DNA of 64,000 nt, from positions 79-64,078 of the forward strand of contig JAPPEG010000101.1 in assembly GCA_028875345.1 (NCBI GenBank). The letters are read 5' to 3'. Positions 8,829 through 17,102 of the stretch are shown in pieces; positions within the stretch are counted from its first letter, which is position 1, and each line of letters opens with the position of its first letter. The notes below the pieces were generated by a model. That model searched no databases. It worked only from the letters and a program-made list of their open reading frames with translations, and had not been told where the DNA came from. A program made the translations under genes and the position numbers. The DNA is from Gemmatimonadota bacterium. GTDB lineage: Bacteria; Latescibacterota; UBA2968; UBA8231.

Positions 8829-11800
8829 TTACGACGACTTCTTGGGCCGTTGTATCCCATACTTGCGCATCCGATAGCGCAGCGTCTGTGCACTCATGCC
8901 CAACAAGCGAGCAGCACCCCTTTCGCCAGAAACTACCCAATTCGTCCGCTGCAGCGCCTCGACAATTCGCTGCTTCTCATCCTCGTCCTCATCCTCCTGT
9001 TCAACCGGCGACTCAGATGCGGGCCGCGACTCCGCCGCTCCCGCCGACAGCACATCTATCACCTTGATGCGCTTTCCCTCACACACAATCACCGCCCGCT
9101 GCATCCGATGCGCCAACTCCCGCACATTCCCCGGCCAAGCGTGCGCCTGCAAATATTCCATAACCTCATCACTCAACGTCGGCTCTGGACGCTTAAACCG
9201 CTGGGCATACTGACGCACAAAATGCGCCGCCAACACCGGAATGTCCTCCCGCCGCTCCCGTAGCGGCGGCACCACCAGCGGAAACACGGTCAAACGGTAG
9301 TACAGATCCGCTCGGAACGTCCCTTCCCGAACCGCCCGTTGCAAATCGTGGTTGGTCGCCGCAATGATCCGCACATCCACCAAGATCGACGCCTTACCCC
9401 CGACGCGCGTCAGGCGATCTTCCTCTAGGACATTCAGCAACACCCGTTGGGCTTCCAACGGCAAGTCGCCGATCTCATCGAGGAACAGCGTGCCCCCATG
9501 CGCCCGTTCAAAAAAGCCTATTCGCTGCTCAATCGCGTTCGTAAAGGCCCCCTCCTCGTGGCCGAACAGTTCGCTTTCGACAAGCCCAAGGGGCAGTGCG
9601 CCGCAATTGACGGCGATGAAGGCTTGCTCGCGGCGCATGCTCATGGTGTGGATGGTTCGGGCGAGCAAGCCCTTGCCCACGCCGGTCTCACCCAACACCA
9701 ACACCCCCGTGTTCGTCGCGGCCACCTGCTCCACCCTTTTCAGGAGTTGGGCCATGACCGGATTTTGGCTGAGTATATGCGGAGTCCGTCGCTTGTCTGG
9801 GTCATCGGCGACCACCCGCACCTCCAAGCTAGCCACCTCCGACTCCAACCCATCCTGATCTTGAGTCTTCACCTCAAAGCGATATTCACCGGCCGGCACG
9901 CCTCGGTACGACACCTTATTGTCGAGCGAAGGCGCACTCCACTCGGCTGCCGGACCATAGCCGACCAGCCGATAACGGTAGCGCATCGGCGCTACCGCAA
10001 TTCCGAAACGGATGCCCTGGAAATGAATCACTATCTCATCCGTGCCCTCTATATAGGACGCGGCTTGGGACGACTCCACAAGGCGCCCCTCCACAACCGG
10101 ACGGATCACGATACCTAGCGGTCCATTGCGAGGCTGGTACGCGACCAACCCCACCTTCGTCCCAAACCACAGCCGACCTTGGCTGTCGCACAGAATCGCT
10201 TCAATCGTGTTCATTGGTGCTGATTTTCCCAGACGGATGGGGTGAAAGGTCCGGCCATCGTAATTCAAGACGCCCCCGCCGTTGGTCCCAATCCACAGCC
10301 TCCCCTGCCGGTCAACTCCCAACGCCAGAATCCCATTGGCCGAAAGCCCACCTTCCTCCACTGTAAACTGACGCACCTGCTTGGAGTGGAAGTCAAAAGC
10401 AAAAAGGCCCTGCGCCGTCCCCACCCAAAGCGTGCCCTCATGCTCGTACAAGACGTTCACATAAGAAACCGCTTCTAACCCGGCTATATCCAATGCCCGG
10501 AAAAGGCCAGCCTTATAAGAATACAACGCCGGCCTTTTTCCATGCGTACCGATCCAGAACACGCCTTCTTCATCCTGCAGCACGGCGCGGCAAGGGTAAG
10601 AAAACAACTCCTTGAATGCGGTGAAGCGATCTTCTTTAATCCATCCGAAGCGCCCTTCGGACGTACAGACGCTCATGCGCCCTATCCGGTCTATGAACAG
10701 CCCCGCGATTTCTTCGTGGCGGCCCTCGGCCACCTCGATCACTTGGGTTTCTTGGCCCGTTCCCTTGAAGACCTGTCCGTCGGGACCACCACTCCAGAGT
10801 TGCCCTTGTTGATCGACCACCAGCGCCGAGACCGCCCGACCCGTTGCCACCGGGCGAATCCGGGCGTCCTCCAAGCAGGCCAAACCGCCTGCCGTGCCAA
10901 TCCAGATCCGGCCCTCGCGGTCTTCTGCCAAACACCGAACCTCCCGGTCGGGCAACCCATCGGCTTCCGCGTAGCGCTGGACGCGGACTGGATCGCAAAA
11001 AACCAGCCCACCACCCCATAGTCCTATCCAGATGTTCCCCTCGCGATCCTCATAGGTCAGGCGCGTGTCCGCAAAGGGGAACCACGGCAAGCCGACCGAA
11101 AACGAACGCCAGTCCTGCCCATCGTACACCAGCACGCCCTTGCGAGCCACCCACAGCCAGCCCCGCTCGTCCAAGCGCACATCCCGCATTCCGTGCCGCA
11201 CTACCTCCCCGTCTTCAAGCTCGCTCCCCACATCAATTAAGTCGAACTGCTGTTGCTGTGGATCGTAGCGGCCGATCACAGCTTCGCTGCCTATGTAATG
11301 GAAGGCAATCCACAGATAGCCAGCGGCGTCGCCAGCGAACTTCCAAGTCCAATGCCCTTTGCCGGATCCCACGCGGAAGTCCATGCTCATGCGCCGACCA
11401 TCCAAGCTAATAACGCCCCACTTCAACGTCGCCAGCCACGTCGTCCCCACCGCGTCGGTGGCCATATCGTACACCTGCCCGATAGGCCGATCCCCAATCG
11501 CCGTCAAGAACTCGACGACCCGCCCCTTGGAAAACCAGCCAACCCCGTTGCCGGTCAGAATCCGCATCGTGCCGTCCGACTGCTTCTGCAAGCCCAAGAT
11601 GTCGTTGCAGGGCAGGCCGTCCTCAATGGTATATACCTGAAAACTCCGTCCGTCGTAGGCGGCTAGCCCGCCGCCGAGCGTCCCAAAGAGCAACCGCCCA
11701 TCCTCGTCCTCGGCGATGGCCATCACCGTCAGGTGGGGAATCCCGTCCACTCGGCCAAAGGTATCAAAACGAGTCCCGTCGAATCGACTGATCCCACCAT

Positions 11801-11957
11801 CGGCGGTGGCGATCCAGAGTAGCCCTTGGCGGTCTTGGTAGATTGCTTCTACCTGCATCCCGGCCAACCCATCAGCAACGGTGTACCGATGCCCTAGTAC
11901 ATGCTCCAAGGACTTCTTATGTTTTGGGATTTCTGAGACTTCGCTCCCGTCGTCCAT
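8829..11957 (-). CDS. sigma54 activator with N-terminal two-component-regulator beta-propeller (Reg_prop) repeats and Y_Y_Y domain
   Basis: Repeated YxxxDGL / EDxEGxxWIGT motifs, YRYRLVG...Y...PAGEYRFEV (YYY), then GETGVGK, GAFTNA, DEIGD and HTH. Confidence 0.93.
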   Translation of the reverse strand: MDDGSEVSEIPKHKKSLEHVLGHRYTVADGLAGMQVEAIYQDRQGLLWIATADGGISRFDGTRFDTFGRVDGIPHLTVMAIAEDEDGRLLFGTLGGGLAAYDGRSFQVYTIEDGLPCNDILGLQKQSDGTMRILTGNGVGWFSKGRVVEFLTAIGDRPIGQVYDMATDAVGTTWLATLKWGVISLDGRRMSMDFRVGSGKGHWTWKFAGDAAGYLWIAFHYIGSEAVIGRYDPQQQQFDLIDVGSELEDGEVVRHGMRDVRLDERGWLWVARKGVLVYDGQDWRSFSVGLPWFPFADTRLTYEDREGNIWIGLWGGGLVFCDPVRVQRYAEADGLPDREVRCLAEDREGRIWIGTAGGLACLEDARIRPVATGRAVSALVVDQQGQLWSGGPDGQVFKGTGQETQVIEVAEGRHEEIAGLFIDRIGRMSVCTSEGRFGWIKEDRFTAFKELFSYPCRAVLQDEEGVFWIGTHGKRPALYSYKAGLFRALDIAGLEAVSYVNVLYEHEGTLWVGTAQGLFAFDFHSKQVRQFTVEEGGLSANGILALGVDRQGRLWIGTNGGGVLNYDGRTFHPIRLGKSAPMNTIEAILCDSQGRLWFGTKVGLVAYQPRNGPLGIVIRPVVEGRLVESSQAASYIEGTDEIVIHFQGIRFGIAVAPMRYRYRLVGYGPAAEWSAPSLDNKVSYRGVPAGEYRFEVKTQDQDGLESEVASLEVRVVADDPDKRRTPHILSQNPVMAQLLKRVEQVAATNTGVLVLGETGVGKGLLARTIHTMSMRREQAFIAVNCGALPLGLVESELFGHEEGAFTNAIEQRIGFFERAHGGTLFLDEIGDLPLEAQRVLLNVLEEDRLTRVGGKASILVDVRIIAATNHDLQRAVREGTFRADLYYRLTVFPLVVPPLRERREDIPVLAAHFVRQYAQRFKRPEPTLSDEVMEYLQAHAWPGNVRELAHRMQRAVIVCEGKRIKVIDVLSAGAAESRPASESPVEQEDEDEDEKQRIVEALQRTNWVVSGERGAARLLGMSAQTLRYRMRKYGIQRPKKSS

Positions 11958-11992
11958 CCCTACCGGTCCTAATTTTAATTCACTAGTTTAAT

Positions 11993-12091
11993 TTAATGTG
12001 AGTTCGGGTTAAGCGACCTTTAAGCTGTATGGTGTGCAAACCTAAGTTTAGCCCAAAAGGAGTCCCTCGCCTTAACCCGAACTCACGTTAA
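11993..12091. mobile_element. MITE-like element (~99 bp) with 21-bp terminal inverted repeats
   Basis: Left TTAATGTGAGTTCGGGTTAAG; right CTTAACCCGAACTCACGTTAA (1 mismatch); no internal ORF. Confidence 0.75.
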
Positions 12092-12100
12092 CATGGGCTA

Positions 12101-12730
12101 CTACACCCGCTCGGCCTGGGGTTCGGCCAGTCCGTGAGTATGATCCCACAAATGCCCCCGCCGCTTCTGGCCTTCTAGCGTCGTTTCAAAGTACACCCCC
12201 TGCACTGGCTCGTGCACCAACGGCATATCGTGATGATGCCCCATGCCCGTGGCAAGGCAGTCGCCCGGCTTCATTTCGTACGCCTTGCCCTCAGAAACGG
12301 CGCGAGCCTGACCTTCCAAGATGACCCAATACTCGTCGCAGTCGTGAAAGTGGCTATCGAAATTGGTCCACTTCTCGTACGGGACCGAATCGCCCTTATC
12401 TTCGGGCTGGGGACTATTGTCCATGTTGAAGATGCCCGAGCCGCCCGTCTCCGCCCCCCAACGTCCGCAAAAGCGCACCAACATAGCCGCCTCTTCTACC
12501 TCCAACACCTCAAAAGAACCCGGCCCAGTCAAATCCAGATTGGCACCCGTGGCGGCTTCCACCTCCTCGGCACCCACCCGCAACCGACAACGTCCCCCTC
12601 CGACGATCAGCTTCTCCACCTCGCCGCGACGCGCAAAGCAGTGTTCATCGCCTGCGTCGAGCCGCACGACCTCAAAGTGCTCCAACTCGCACCAATCGGG
12701 GTACTGATCTTCACTTCTGAACATCGGCAT
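12101..12730 (-). CDS. Cupin domain protein
   Basis: FDSHFHDCDEYW ... GHHHD cupin metal-binding motifs. Confidence 0.85.
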   Translation of the reverse strand: MPMFRSEDQYPDWCELEHFEVVRLDAGDEHCFARRGEVEKLIVGGGRCRLRVGAEEVEAATGANLDLTGPGSFEVLEVEEAAMLVRFCGRWGAETGGSGIFNMDNSPQPEDKGDSVPYEKWTNFDSHFHDCDEYWVILEGQARAVSEGKAYEMKPGDCLATGMGHHHDMPLVHEPVQGVYFETTLEGQKRRGHLWDHTHGLAEPQAERV

Positions 12731-12863
12731 AACTTTCTTCCTTCTCTCCGTGTTTAAAAGGTTTTAGAATATCAGGACCCAGCAGATTTGCACAAATCAA
12801 CTGACACTGAAATGCACAAACCATGAACGTTGTAGAAACCCTTTTTCATCTGCTTCGGGATAT

Positions 12864-13595
12864 GTGATGGGTCAACGGGATTACAATGCTGTCGTCAGGC
12901 GTGCGGAAGCGGTGTCTGGTATTGATGTGCAGATATTGGGCGAGGTTGAAGGGTTGCCGATTTTGTGTGCGTCTGCTGGCAGGGGAGACGCGCCTGTTGT
13001 TTATATCAATGGAGGGACGCACGGCGATGAACCGGCTGGGGTAGAAGCCGCGCTCGCTTTTTTGGAAGGGGAGTGGGAGCGCTGGGCGGATAGAGTGCGT
13101 TTTGAAGTTATTCCGTGTTTGTGTCCGTGGAGCTATGCTCACAATGTCCGATTCAATGCACAGGGGGTGGATGTGAATTGGGCGTTTTTGCGCGATGATG
13201 TGCCCGAGATTGAGATTTTGAAGGGTTTTTTGGCGGGAAGAGTTTTTGCGGGTGTGATCGATTTGCACGAGGATTGGGAGAGTCCGGGATTTTATCTGTA
13301 CGAGATGTTTGGAGACCGGGGATCTCTGGGACGGGAGATGGTGAAGCGGGTGGCACGGGTTTGTCCGATTAACGAGAGTGCCGAGATTGAGGGCGAGGTT
13401 GCGGTCAATGGGGTGATTCATCCCAATATGGAGGTGGCAAGGCGGAAGTACGGGGAAGGCATACCTATCGCTTTGTTCCAGCGAGGCCATACGGGACATC
13501 TGGTGACGTCAGAAACCCCAACGGCACAGCCGATGGATGTGCGCGTTGCAGCGCATCTGGCAGCTATTGAGGTGATGGTGGAGGCTAATGTTTAA
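12864..13595 (+). CDS. M14-family metallocarboxypeptidase (succinylglutamate desuccinylase/aspartoacylase-like)
   Basis: GGTHGDEPAG, RFNAQGVDVN, IDLHED, TSETP motifs. Confidence 0.88.
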   Translation: MMGQRDYNAVVRRAEAVSGIDVQILGEVEGLPILCASAGRGDAPVVYINGGTHGDEPAGVEAALAFLEGEWERWADRVRFEVIPCLCPWSYAHNVRFNAQGVDVNWAFLRDDVPEIEILKGFLAGRVFAGVIDLHEDWESPGFYLYEMFGDRGSLGREMVKRVARVCPINESAEIEGEVAVNGVIHPNMEVARRKYGEGIPIALFQRGHTGHLVTSETPTAQPMDVRVAAHLAAIEVMVEANV

Positions 13596-13604
13596 ATCAA
13601 TTCG

Positions 13605-15524
13605 CTACATATGCGTCAGCACGCGCCCCTTTTCCGCAGTCAGCGCATAGATCGCACCCCATATCCCCGACACGGACACCTCGCCCAAAATCAATCCCAA
13701 AAAGAACGGCTTGGCGTTCTGGAACAGGCGCACGCCGCCAAAGCGCAGGATGACCAGCTTCAACAGCCAAGCAATCATTGCCGAGAACCAGATCTGACTC
13801 GTCAGCCAGCCCACGGCAATAGCAAAGCCGATCGGGTGAAAGGGCCACCAAAACCACCGGTGCTGCGCCCACATTAGAAAGCCCTCCACGGCCGCGCCGA
13901 TCCCCTTGAAGAGCCAGCCGCGCATATCGGCCTCGGGCATGTTGAGAATGGTCGGGCCGATATAAGGCCAGCCGTGGGCACCAGCCCAATTGATCAGCGA
14001 CAGATTAACCGCTCCATGGGTATAAGCCAGCTTCAAGGTCATGTAAGCCGCGGCCAAAAGGCTGCACACCAGAGCCAGCATCAGGCCCCAAAACAGTCGC
14101 GTCTTGGGGCCGGGAATCAACTCGGCGAGTTTGAGGCCATTGGCGCACGCGACCATCGGCGAAGTGCGCGATTCGCCCTGCCAGATAAAGGTGAAATTGA
14201 GGGCGACCAAGCCCTTGGCCCCGAGGACTGAAGTGCCTAAACCCGAAATGATAAAGTACGCCGGGACAATGGGGCTGCGGGCGGTGGCCACGCCGCCGGT
14301 AGCCACCACGCGCGCGACCAAGATGAAGAACAGCAAGCTGACGATGAGTAGAACCGGAAGCACCGCAATCGGCACCCCCGAACGCCAGAGCCACACGGCG
14401 ACGAAGAGCAGGCTGCCCAAAAAGCCGACAACGGCCGTGCGATAGCGGAGTACCTCCTCGCTGTCATCGACGCCACCGCGCGGGTCCCAGAGTTTGCGCC
14501 AGACCTCTTTGAGATGAGGGCGGGCAGTCCACAGGCCAAAGAGCACCAACACAATGACCGCGCCGGTAGCTTGATGGGTCAGGTCGGCCGGCTGCGAGTA
14601 CTCGTACGCGCTCAAGCGCTCGGTGCTGGCAATGCCGAGCGTCTTGAAGACCCCTTCCTCCACCTTGGAGAACACGTAGAAGAACCAGATGCTAAACGTG
14701 ATCTCGAGATTGACCAAGTAGAAGAAGCCGACCCAAGCCAAGTTGAGTGCAACCGGCAAGTGCAAGGTATGGTTGAAGAAAGAAAAACTGCCACTGGGGC
14801 GGTATACAGGCACGATTGGGAAGTAGTGGTTGAGGGCGTTGAGACTGAGCAGGATGCAGGGCACGGCAAACCCCAGCCACATCCGCTGATCCTTAAAGAA
14901 AGGAGCCACGCGCATCTGGGCATCCTTCTCAATCATATTCTGCGGCAGCTGAACCATCGGATAGGTCAGCCGCTCGTGCTCCGACCACTGGCGGTGGAGG
15001 ATGGCGCTCATGCAGATCAACATGAAGCTCATGGCCACGATCAACGCCAGCCAGTAGGCCATCGGTTCCACCCAGACGCCCCACGGGATGGACTCACCCT
15101 TCGGTAGGCCCTCGTAGTAATTCTTGATCGCCTCGAAGTCCTGCGGCGCAATCCACGAAGGGATAAAGTCGTAGAACAGCTCGGCGTAGTCGTTTTCCGG
15201 GGTGGCGTAGTAGAAGGGATAGACGATGGTGCCAATGAGGAAGAACATAAGGCCCCAAGTCGGCACCGTGACCGCCATCATCAACATGCAGTAAATCAGC
15301 ACCAGATCGGCTTTGGCCAGGGCGAAATGGCGGCCGAGCAGAGCCACAAATCCATTGACGGCAAAGGTCAGGACAAAAAAGAGAAAGAGCGCACCCGGCG
15401 AAGAAGGATTGAAGCCGACCCAGTAGTAATTGAACACGACCCCGTACGGCGCGAGCAGGCCCACCGCTAGGGAAAGGGCAATGCCGGTTAGCAGTCCCTT
15501 GATGCTGAAAAGCGATTTGGGCAT
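13605..15524 (-). CDS. Multi-pass membrane protein, DUF6785/DUF6784 (OPT-like putative peptide transporter)
   Basis: Many TM segments; RQWSEHERLTYPMVQLP and WWPFHPIGF motifs typical of this family. Confidence 0.8.
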   Translation of the reverse strand: MPKSLFSIKGLLTGIALSLAVGLLAPYGVVFNYYWVGFNPSSPGALFLFFVLTFAVNGFVALLGRHFALAKADLVLIYCMLMMAVTVPTWGLMFFLIGTIVYPFYYATPENDYAELFYDFIPSWIAPQDFEAIKNYYEGLPKGESIPWGVWVEPMAYWLALIVAMSFMLICMSAILHRQWSEHERLTYPMVQLPQNMIEKDAQMRVAPFFKDQRMWLGFAVPCILLSLNALNHYFPIVPVYRPSGSFSFFNHTLHLPVALNLAWVGFFYLVNLEITFSIWFFYVFSKVEEGVFKTLGIASTERLSAYEYSQPADLTHQATGAVIVLVLFGLWTARPHLKEVWRKLWDPRGGVDDSEEVLRYRTAVVGFLGSLLFVAVWLWRSGVPIAVLPVLLIVSLLFFILVARVVATGGVATARSPIVPAYFIISGLGTSVLGAKGLVALNFTFIWQGESRTSPMVACANGLKLAELIPGPKTRLFWGLMLALVCSLLAAAYMTLKLAYTHGAVNLSLINWAGAHGWPYIGPTILNMPEADMRGWLFKGIGAAVEGFLMWAQHRWFWWPFHPIGFAIAVGWLTSQIWFSAMIAWLLKLVILRFGGVRLFQNAKPFFLGLILGEVSVSGIWGAIYALTAEKGRVLTHM

Positions 15525-15553
15525 GTGTGGGCCGACGAGTTCCGTCGATGATC

Positions 15554-16339
15554 CTACCCAGCGGCCGAGGCGGCCAAAAGCCCCCCATCCACCGGCAGGG
15601 ACGCCCCGGTGATGCAGCCGGCAGCCGGCGAGCAGAGGAAGACCACAGCCCGGCCAATGTCTTCGGGGGTTCCTGGACGACGCAGGGGAACTATGTCGTG
15701 GAGTCGTTCTTCGATAATGCCCAATGCCGGAGGCGGTTCATTGAAGACGTGATCGGTGTCCATGTATCCGGGCATGATGGCGTTGCAGCGGATGCCGTGT
15801 TCGCCCAAGTCAACGGCCATGCTTTCGGTCAGGCGCAAGACGCCGGCTTTGGCGGCCCCGTACGCCGTGTCGGTCTTCCACGCCCGGCGTCCGTGCACCG
15901 AAGAGGTGCTGACGATGGCCCCTCCGTCGCCCTGCGCCACCATGGCGCGCGCCGCTTGCTGCGAGCACAGAAAAAAACCCTTGAGGCCCACGTCGAGATT
16001 TTGGTCCCAATTCTCCTCGCTGAGTTCGAGGAAGGGCTCGCCCTTACCGCCGTAGGGGTTGTTGACCAAGATGTCAATGCGGCCGAACCGTTCGAGAAAC
16101 GCCGCAAACATCGCCTCGACTTGGGCGCTATCAGAAATATCGCCTTGAAAAAACTCGGCCTCGCGGCCCATGGCACGGATCAGGTCCAGGGTTTTGCCGG
16201 CATCGTCGTCCTCGTGCAGGTCGTTGATCCCCACGTCGCAGCCAGCCTCGGCTAAAGCTAGGGCAATGCCGCGGCCAATGCGGCGCTTGCCGCCGGTGAC
16301 GAAGGCTTTCTTTCCGCTTAGCAAATATCGATCGGACAT
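15554..16339 (-). CDS. SDR family oxidoreductase
   Basis: TGGKRRIG, YGAAK catalytic motif, LPVDGG C-terminus. Confidence 0.92.
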   Translation of the reverse strand: MSDRYLLSGKKAFVTGGKRRIGRGIALALAEAGCDVGINDLHEDDDAGKTLDLIRAMGREAEFFQGDISDSAQVEAMFAAFLERFGRIDILVNNPYGGKGEPFLELSEENWDQNLDVGLKGFFLCSQQAARAMVAQGDGGAIVSTSSVHGRRAWKTDTAYGAAKAGVLRLTESMAVDLGEHGIRCNAIMPGYMDTDHVFNEPPPALGIIEERLHDIVPLRRPGTPEDIGRAVVFLCSPAAGCITGASLPVDGGLLAASAAG

Positions 16340-16354
16340 GGTGTAGCTCCTTAT

Positions 16355-17089
16355 CTAAACGATCTCGGGGTGTTCGTGAATAGAGGGGGTAGCCATGATG
16401 CGCTTTTGGCGTTCGGTTAGCTCGCCGTACTCTTCGAGGTTGTAAAACTCCTTGGCCCACGTCGAGTACCCGGGACTGTATTTGTAGAGCAACGTGCGGC
16501 GCTGGTGCTCGGCGCGCCACGGCATGGTACCGTGGATGAGAGCCTCGGTAAAGAACAACGCATCCCCGGCCTTGGCCGTCGGTTGAACCACGTAATGCGC
16601 GTCGCGCTCAAAGTGCCTGACGTCTTGGGGCAGGTTGCGGGGGTAATTGGTCTTGTGACTGCCCGGCACACAGGCAAAACCGCCGTCGCCCTCATTGGCA
16701 TCGGCGAGAAAAAAGGTCACCACGCTCAGGCCATTGCGCATTTGGCCGTCGCGGTAGCTGAACCAGTGGTCGGTATCTTGGCTCGGGCCACCGTGGAGAC
16801 CGCCACGGGTGTCGCCGCGATCCATGATGATGGCGTAGTCGTGGTCGATGCGGACCTTGGGTCCGATGAGTTCGACCAAGTAGGGCAAGATTTTGGGGTG
16901 GTCGATCAGATTTTTGGTAGCCTGACCCCAGCTACTGACCTTGTTCAGGTCGTTGCGGGGATGATTGTCCCAGCCGTCGATGTACCGGTCCATCAGCGCG
17001 TTGAGATCGTCCAGTTCCTGCGAGCTGAGGACGTCTTTGATGACCAGATAGCCCTCCAAGTCAAAGACAAATTTTTCTTCTTCGGTCAT
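16355..17089 (-). CDS. Phytanoyl-CoA dioxygenase (PhyH) family Fe(II)/2OG enzyme, HxG variant
   Basis: Start MTEEEKFVFDLEGYL (ATG 17089, AGGAG SD); GLHGG, VPGSHK, HGTMPW...RR. Confidence 0.88.
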   Translation of the reverse strand: MTEEEKFVFDLEGYLVIKDVLSSQELDDLNALMDRYIDGWDNHPRNDLNKVSSWGQATKNLIDHPKILPYLVELIGPKVRIDHDYAIIMDRGDTRGGLHGGPSQDTDHWFSYRDGQMRNGLSVVTFFLADANEGDGGFACVPGSHKTNYPRNLPQDVRHFERDAHYVVQPTAKAGDALFFTEALIHGTMPWRAEHQRRTLLYKYSPGYSTWAKEFYNLEEYGELTERQKRIMATPSIHEHPEIV

Positions 17090-17102
17090 GGCGTGCTCCT
17101 TT

